A program made the translations under genes and the position numbers. 21,890 nt of DNA from Caecitellus pseudoparvulus. Taxonomy: Eukaryota > Protista > Bigyra: Bicosoecida. Position 1 is the stretch's first letter, and the number at the start of each line of letters is the position of its first letter. Shown piece by piece: positions 17,259-21,890 of this stretch. The notes beneath the pieces were generated by a model. It made no database searches. It saw nothing but the letters and a program-made list of their open reading frames with translations, and was not told where the DNA came from. The DNA is taken from contig CBFFRQ010000207.1 of NCBI GenBank assembly GCA_965644315.1, positions 1-21,890 of the forward strand, given 5' to 3'.

Positions 17259-19574
17259 TCACACAGATTGCCCCGTCTCAACGGGTCTGGCCTGCTTGCG
17301 GTTGCTTCGATGGCATCTTTGGCGAAGGATGAATGCACACACACACAGGAAGAGCGCAGCGATGACCGCAATGCCCGCACCCAGATACGCACTCGCACTC
17401 TGTGCTCCCTCATTGCCTGTGCGTTCCGTTGAGCTCCTTGCTGGGTCTACTTGTTGCGACGTCGCAGTGTGTGACGGGGTGCCGGTCACTGATGGTGTGG
17501 ACGTGGACGTGGAAGTGGCCGTTGGCGTGCCTGACACTGATGGTGTGCCTGTGGCAGAGGACGTCGCAGTGTGTGACGGGGTGCCGGTCACTGATGGTGT
17601 GGACGTGGACGTGGAAGTGGCCGTTGGCGTGCCTGACACTGATGGTGTGCCTGTGGCAGAGGACGTCGCAGTCTGTGACGGGGTGCCGGTCACTGATGGT
17701 GTGGACGTGGACGTGGAAGTGGCCGTTGGCGTGCCGGACACTGATGGTGTGCCTGTGGCAGAGGACGTCGCAGTGTGTGACGGGGTGCCGGTCACTGATG
17801 GTGTCGTAGTCGATGTGGCTGATGGTGTGGCTGAGCTCGTGCCTGAGACTGAAGGCGATGCAGTCGGGGATGGAGTTGGCGAGCTCGAAGTGGACGGGGT
17901 CGGTGAGGATGACGGTGAGCTGCTCGGAGTTGGAGCTGCTGTGGGAGGGGCCACAGACACAATTCCTGCCGCTGATGGGTGCTCATTGTCACCGATCCAG
18001 TCAGTATTCCCATACCCAAGTCGGCCACCCACTGCAGGTCCCCAGCACATCACATCGCCACTGGTTAGCATAGCACAGACATGGAAATCCCCAGCCGATA
18101 CCTGCGCAACGGTCACACCCGTGCCCAGGTCCACCGTGCCAGCTGCAGCTGGGTGCTCATCGTCACCGATGTGGTCAGTGTTTCCGTATCCGAGTTGGCC
18201 ATAAGCTCCATACCCCCAACACATCACATCGCCACTAGTCAGCACTGCACAGGTGAATGAACTCCCAGCTGACACCTGTGCAGCCGTGACACCCGTGCCT
18301 AGGTCCACCGTGCCAGCTGCAGCTGGGTGCTCATCGTCACCGATGTGGTCAGTGTTTCCGTATCCGAGTTGGCCATAAGCTCCATACCCCCAACACATCA
18401 CATCACCACTGGTTAGCATAGCACAGACATGGAAATCCCCAGCCGATACCTGCGCAACGGTCACACCCGTGCCCAGGTCCACCGTGCCAGCTGCAGCTGG
18501 GTGCTCATCGTCACCAATGGTGTCAGTGTTTCCGTATCCGAGTTGGCCATAAGCTCCATACCCCCAACACATCACATCGCCACTAGTCAGCACTGCACAG
18601 GTGAATGAACTCCCAGCTGACACCTGTGCAGCCGTGACACCCGTGCCTAGGTCCACCGTGCCAGCTGCAGCTGGGTGCTCATCGTCACCAATGGTGTCAG
18701 TGTTTCCGTATCCGAGTTGGCCATCAGCTCCATACCCCCAACACATCACATCGCCACTAGTCAGCACTGCACAGGTGAATGAACTCCCAGCTGACACCTG
18801 TGCAGCCGTGACACCCGTGCCTAGGTCCACCGTGCCAGCTGCAGCTGGGTGCTCATCGTCACCAATGGTGTCAGTGTTTCCGTATCCGAGTTGGCCATAA
18901 GCTCCATACCCCCAACACATCACATCGCCACTAGTCAGCACTGCACAGGTGAATGGACTCCCAGCTGACACCTGTGCAGCCGTGACACCCGTGCCCAGGT
19001 CCACAGCACCAGCGTCAGCTGGGTGCTCGTCGTCACCAATCGTATCGGTGTTCCCATACCCAAGTCGGCCAGCACCACCACTCCCCCAGCAAACTATGCT
19101 GGATGGGCTTTGATAGCATGAATGACCACCCCCAGCCGATACACTGGTACTCGGAGTGAGGCCCGCACTAGTTCGCCTTCTAAAGACAACTGGCAATGCG
19201 CGCCGCTTCAGACCGCGAAGGGTGCTATTGCTGCCCAAGGCACGCGCACTCCCAGCCAGCAAAGCTAGCAAAATGAAGCCGAAACGCCATGCAACTGACC
19301 GTTGCACGCCTTGCCCCTTCAGGCACCCGGTGGCGCTCGGAACCCTTTCGTCGTTCACCTTCATTTGCTCAGGAATGCGGATAATACCTCCCAGCTGTTT
19401 CGAAGAGCTCCTTGTTGAAGCTTTGCTGGTCATGCTGATGCAACCTGCGGAAAAGTGAGTCAACGTGTGCCATGCTGATAGCAGCAATACACGGGGAAAG
19501 TCCGAGACAGAAGAAGCACAGACAAAGACAATCCACACAAAGAGCATGATGAGGCTACGTAAGAATGATGACAT
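17259..19574 (-). CDS. Predicted membrane-anchored protein with 7 RCC1/BLIP-II-like repeats, a Ser/Thr-rich stalk and a C-terminal transmembrane helix; true start uncertain
   Basis: 771-aa ORF; 7 x VSAGxxxxC...VMCWGxGxxGQLGYG; TPS-rich region; hydrophobic AYLGAGIAVIAALFLCVCAFIL followed by a basic tail; two candidate signal-like hydrophobic segments near the N-terminus. Confidence 0.85.
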   Translation of the reverse strand: MSSFLRSLIMLFVWIVFVCASSVSDFPRVLLLSAWHTLTHFSAGCISMTSKASTRSSSKQLGGIIRIPEQMKVNDERVPSATGCLKGQGVQRSVAWRFGFILLALLAGSARALGSNSTLRGLKRRALPVVFRRRTSAGLTPSTSVSAGGGHSCYQSPSSIVCWGSGGAGRLGYGNTDTIGDDEHPADAGAVDLGTGVTAAQVSAGSPFTCAVLTSGDVMCWGYGAYGQLGYGNTDTIGDDEHPAAAGTVDLGTGVTAAQVSAGSSFTCAVLTSGDVMCWGYGADGQLGYGNTDTIGDDEHPAAAGTVDLGTGVTAAQVSAGSSFTCAVLTSGDVMCWGYGAYGQLGYGNTDTIGDDEHPAAAGTVDLGTGVTVAQVSAGDFHVCAMLTSGDVMCWGYGAYGQLGYGNTDHIGDDEHPAAAGTVDLGTGVTAAQVSAGSSFTCAVLTSGDVMCWGYGAYGQLGYGNTDHIGDDEHPAAAGTVDLGTGVTVAQVSAGDFHVCAMLTSGDVMCWGPAVGGRLGYGNTDWIGDNEHPSAAGIVSVAPPTAAPTPSSSPSSSPTPSTSSSPTPSPTASPSVSGTSSATPSATSTTTPSVTGTPSHTATSSATGTPSVSGTPTATSTSTSTPSVTGTPSQTATSSATGTPSVSGTPTATSTSTSTPSVTGTPSHTATSSATGTPSVSGTPTATSTSTSTPSVTGTPSHTATSQQVDPARSSTERTGNEGAQSASAYLGAGIAVIAALFLCVCAFILRQRCHRSNRKQARPVETGQSV
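17458..17804 (-). repeat. 102-bp coding tandem repeat (~3.4 copies; 34-aa Ser/Thr-rich unit)
   Basis: Units start at 17458, 17560, 17662 and 17764; unit translates as TPSVTGTPSHTATSSATGTPSVSGTPTATSTSTS. Confidence 0.93.
17952..19148 (-). repeat. 174-bp coding tandem repeat (7 units of ~58 aa, RCC1-like blades)
   Basis: GTGCC(C/T)AGGTCCAC recurs at 174-bp spacing (e.g. 18121, 18295); internal units are near-identical in DNA. Confidence 0.93.
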
Positions 19575-21890
19575 TCATCGTTGAGCTAGCAGTCGACAGC
19601 ACAAAGCACATGCGCACAACCACACAGCAACGGAGCTTCAAACAAGTAGCCTCTGAGCTTGGAAGTGGTGTGCAGACAACCAGTTGAACTCACCTGTGCC
19701 GCGAAGTATAAGTGCAGTGAGTCTGATTCAGTGTGCGAGGTGAAGTGTAGGTTCAAGTCTGGAAGCATATGCTACCCATGAGAACGTCAAAGTTGAGTTC
19801 CGGGAAAAGTGCATAGTTGAGCATGTGCTACACTGATGGCTAACTTGGTTTGCCGGCTGCGGGCTGAGGCCCAGCAAATGCTCAATGGCCTCATGCTTTA
19901 AACTGACAGTCTCCAAAAGATTCACCCTCAAGAAACTGCGCCCCCTACTACTGTAAGACCCTCACCGAACTCCGGTGTGGAAAAAGAGTTCACACTTGTG
20001 AACGTCTGCTTTCTGGTCACTCTGCTCAGTGTAGAGTGCAAGCCACATAGGGTCAAGCAAAATCCAGGAGTTATTCTTCGGGCTCGATTCTGGAGGAAGA
20101 CAGATCGGTGGATGCAGTCGCAATCCCTCCCCAGCCGCATAGACGGGTCTTGCCGTGCGGAAATCGAACATGGAAAGTGCACCTCTGCATGTACTAGCGG
20201 GTTCAGAAGCGCTTGTTAACCACTGCAATGCTGCGCAAGAAAACCCAACAATTCTCAGGTCGCTGGGGCAGTTGATTCTGAACCCCGATCTGAACCTGTC
20301 CCTAGGCGCTTTCGTCGGCTTGGTGTTTCGTCTCCAGTGACTCAGGCGCTGAGGTTCCCTACCACGTTCAAACAAGCTCTCCATGTAAAATTGGTGTCAG
20401 AGTGACTTGAACCTAACTAGCTGAATCCATGCCTCACCTACGTTAGCACAAGGGGCATGCATGAGCCCTTTGCCGAGCGGCGTGCGCTGTGACCCCATGA
20501 CGATAAGCTCTCATTGGAGCATCAACATGCATCGCTTCCCTTGCGACAAGAAGCATGTCACTACTGGGGCCATGCAGCGAAACAGCACTTCATCGGCACT
20601 GCTGCTGAAAACCTCAACATTTCTGCCAGGCATGCCTTTGCATACTTGCTAAACACCGCATGGGATTTCTGCCTGCGATAGGGGCTGTCTGGTTGGTGAG
20701 GCTTGGGCACGCGAAACCAACATAGACAGCAAGCAAGCCTTCACTGCAAGAAACATTGTACCCGGATCTCCTCCCACCTGCCAAGGATGCACCCACACTG
20801 CCTCCTGCATCCATCATCTCACCTGAAACGGCATTGGCGACACCGTCATCGACCAAAACCTCGCAGCTTCCACGACATGCTCATCGTTCGCGATACAAAC
20901 ACTGTCCATCGTAATCCTGCAAGTAAGCTGACCAAGGAGAGGCAGGATCCCTTCACGCATGATACAAGTGAAATCGGTGCCAGTGGCTGCAGTGTCGTTG
21001 CCTGTGTCTGATCGTGCAGTCCTTGTTGCACGCACTGCGTCCTGACAAACCAAAATACGGCCACGCCCCAGCTTCTGACAGACTGAACAGCGACAACGAT
21101 TTCGGTGGCAACAAGAGCGGCTTCCAGCGCAGCCTATCTGCGTAAAACTGCAAGTGCAAGCAGGGCGCTTTGTGCCAGCATGATGCGAGACTCGCGGCGT
21201 CCACCTCGCACATCCACTTGCCAGCCGTGGCCTCGCCTTCCAGCAGCCGGTTCAAAGCGGGCCTTTTCGCCTGTGCACGTCCTACCTCTGATGTGCAAGA
21301 CTGTGCCCAGCGGGTATGATGGAGAGCCCACAAAGTGAAGCTGGGCGACAGGCGTTTCACCGTGAAACGCCGGACAGACGCCGCAGACCTTGCTACGCTT
21401 TGTGAGATGTGCCTGCGTCAACGAACAGCGGTTAATCTGAATCATCTTTGCACATTCTGCTCTCCCTTGACAAGGCCTCCATCATGTGCCGCACATTGTC
21501 TTCAACTGCCATCAAACGTGGTTGCGGAATATGATCCTGGCCAGGACCATACTTCCCAGGCTCACTTCGTCATCCACCCACGAAAACCTTGCAGCTGGAA
21601 CTCCAAAGCATGCTTACAACGCAAGACAATCGTTTCAAGCGCCCACAGCTGCATTCACCAGCTATTCCTGTCCAGGCGGCTGCCCTTCCGAGGATGAAGG
21701 TGAGGCAAGCTGAAGTGTCTGCAAGCACAGATTGTGGCAGCCGGCTGTACACTCGAGGTAGTGGGTGGCAAAAAGCAAAACCATATCTGATACACACTCT
21801 CTGATGATTTGCCTGGTTTGTGAAGAATGTCGGAAGAATTGATACGCTGCTCTGACCAGGTACGTGGTCAAGAAGCCTGCCCTAGTGCCT

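Noticed and set aside
17107-18204. 365-aa Val/Asp/Gly-rich ORF on +
   Set aside because: It is the antisense shadow of the RCC1/Ser-Thr repeat gene.
17458-19148. Regular repeats as a possible CRISPR array
   Set aside because: There are no unique spacers; the units are in-frame coding repeats in a eukaryotic context.
19575-21890. Short ORFs in the proximal 2.3 kb, including a Cys-rich one at 21335-21697
   Set aside because: I recognise no motifs. The region could be intergenic or hold small exons, but this cannot be supported from the sequence alone.

Overview
This is the left end of a eukaryotic chromosome with TTAGGG telomeres (C-strand shown); the organism cannot be identified from the sequence. 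After the terminal (TAACCC)n tract comes a ~16 kb head-to-tail array of at least seven telomere-associated non-LTR retroelement units. All lie on the + strand (5' end toward the telomere), lack poly(A) tails, and end in a conserved AATGCAT motif followed a few nt later by CTAA telomeric sequence. The array contains: (A) a full-length autonomous-type element whose single polyprotein (ORF1-like region, putative cysteine protease, AP endonuclease, RT, CCHC) is frameshifted in this sequence; (B) a full-length RT-less relative with an intact ORF that stops exactly where A's endonuclease begins, plus an apparently identical 5'-truncated copy capped by the telomere; (D1, D2) two tiny 3'-end fragments; (C) a 5'-truncated member of a second divergent family; (E) a chimeric unit sharing C's 3' end. 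The array abuts the stop codon of a convergent gene for a membrane-anchored protein with 7 RCC1/BLIP-II-type repeats and a Ser/Thr-rich stalk. The last ~2.3 kb has no feature I can support. All alignments were done by eye.
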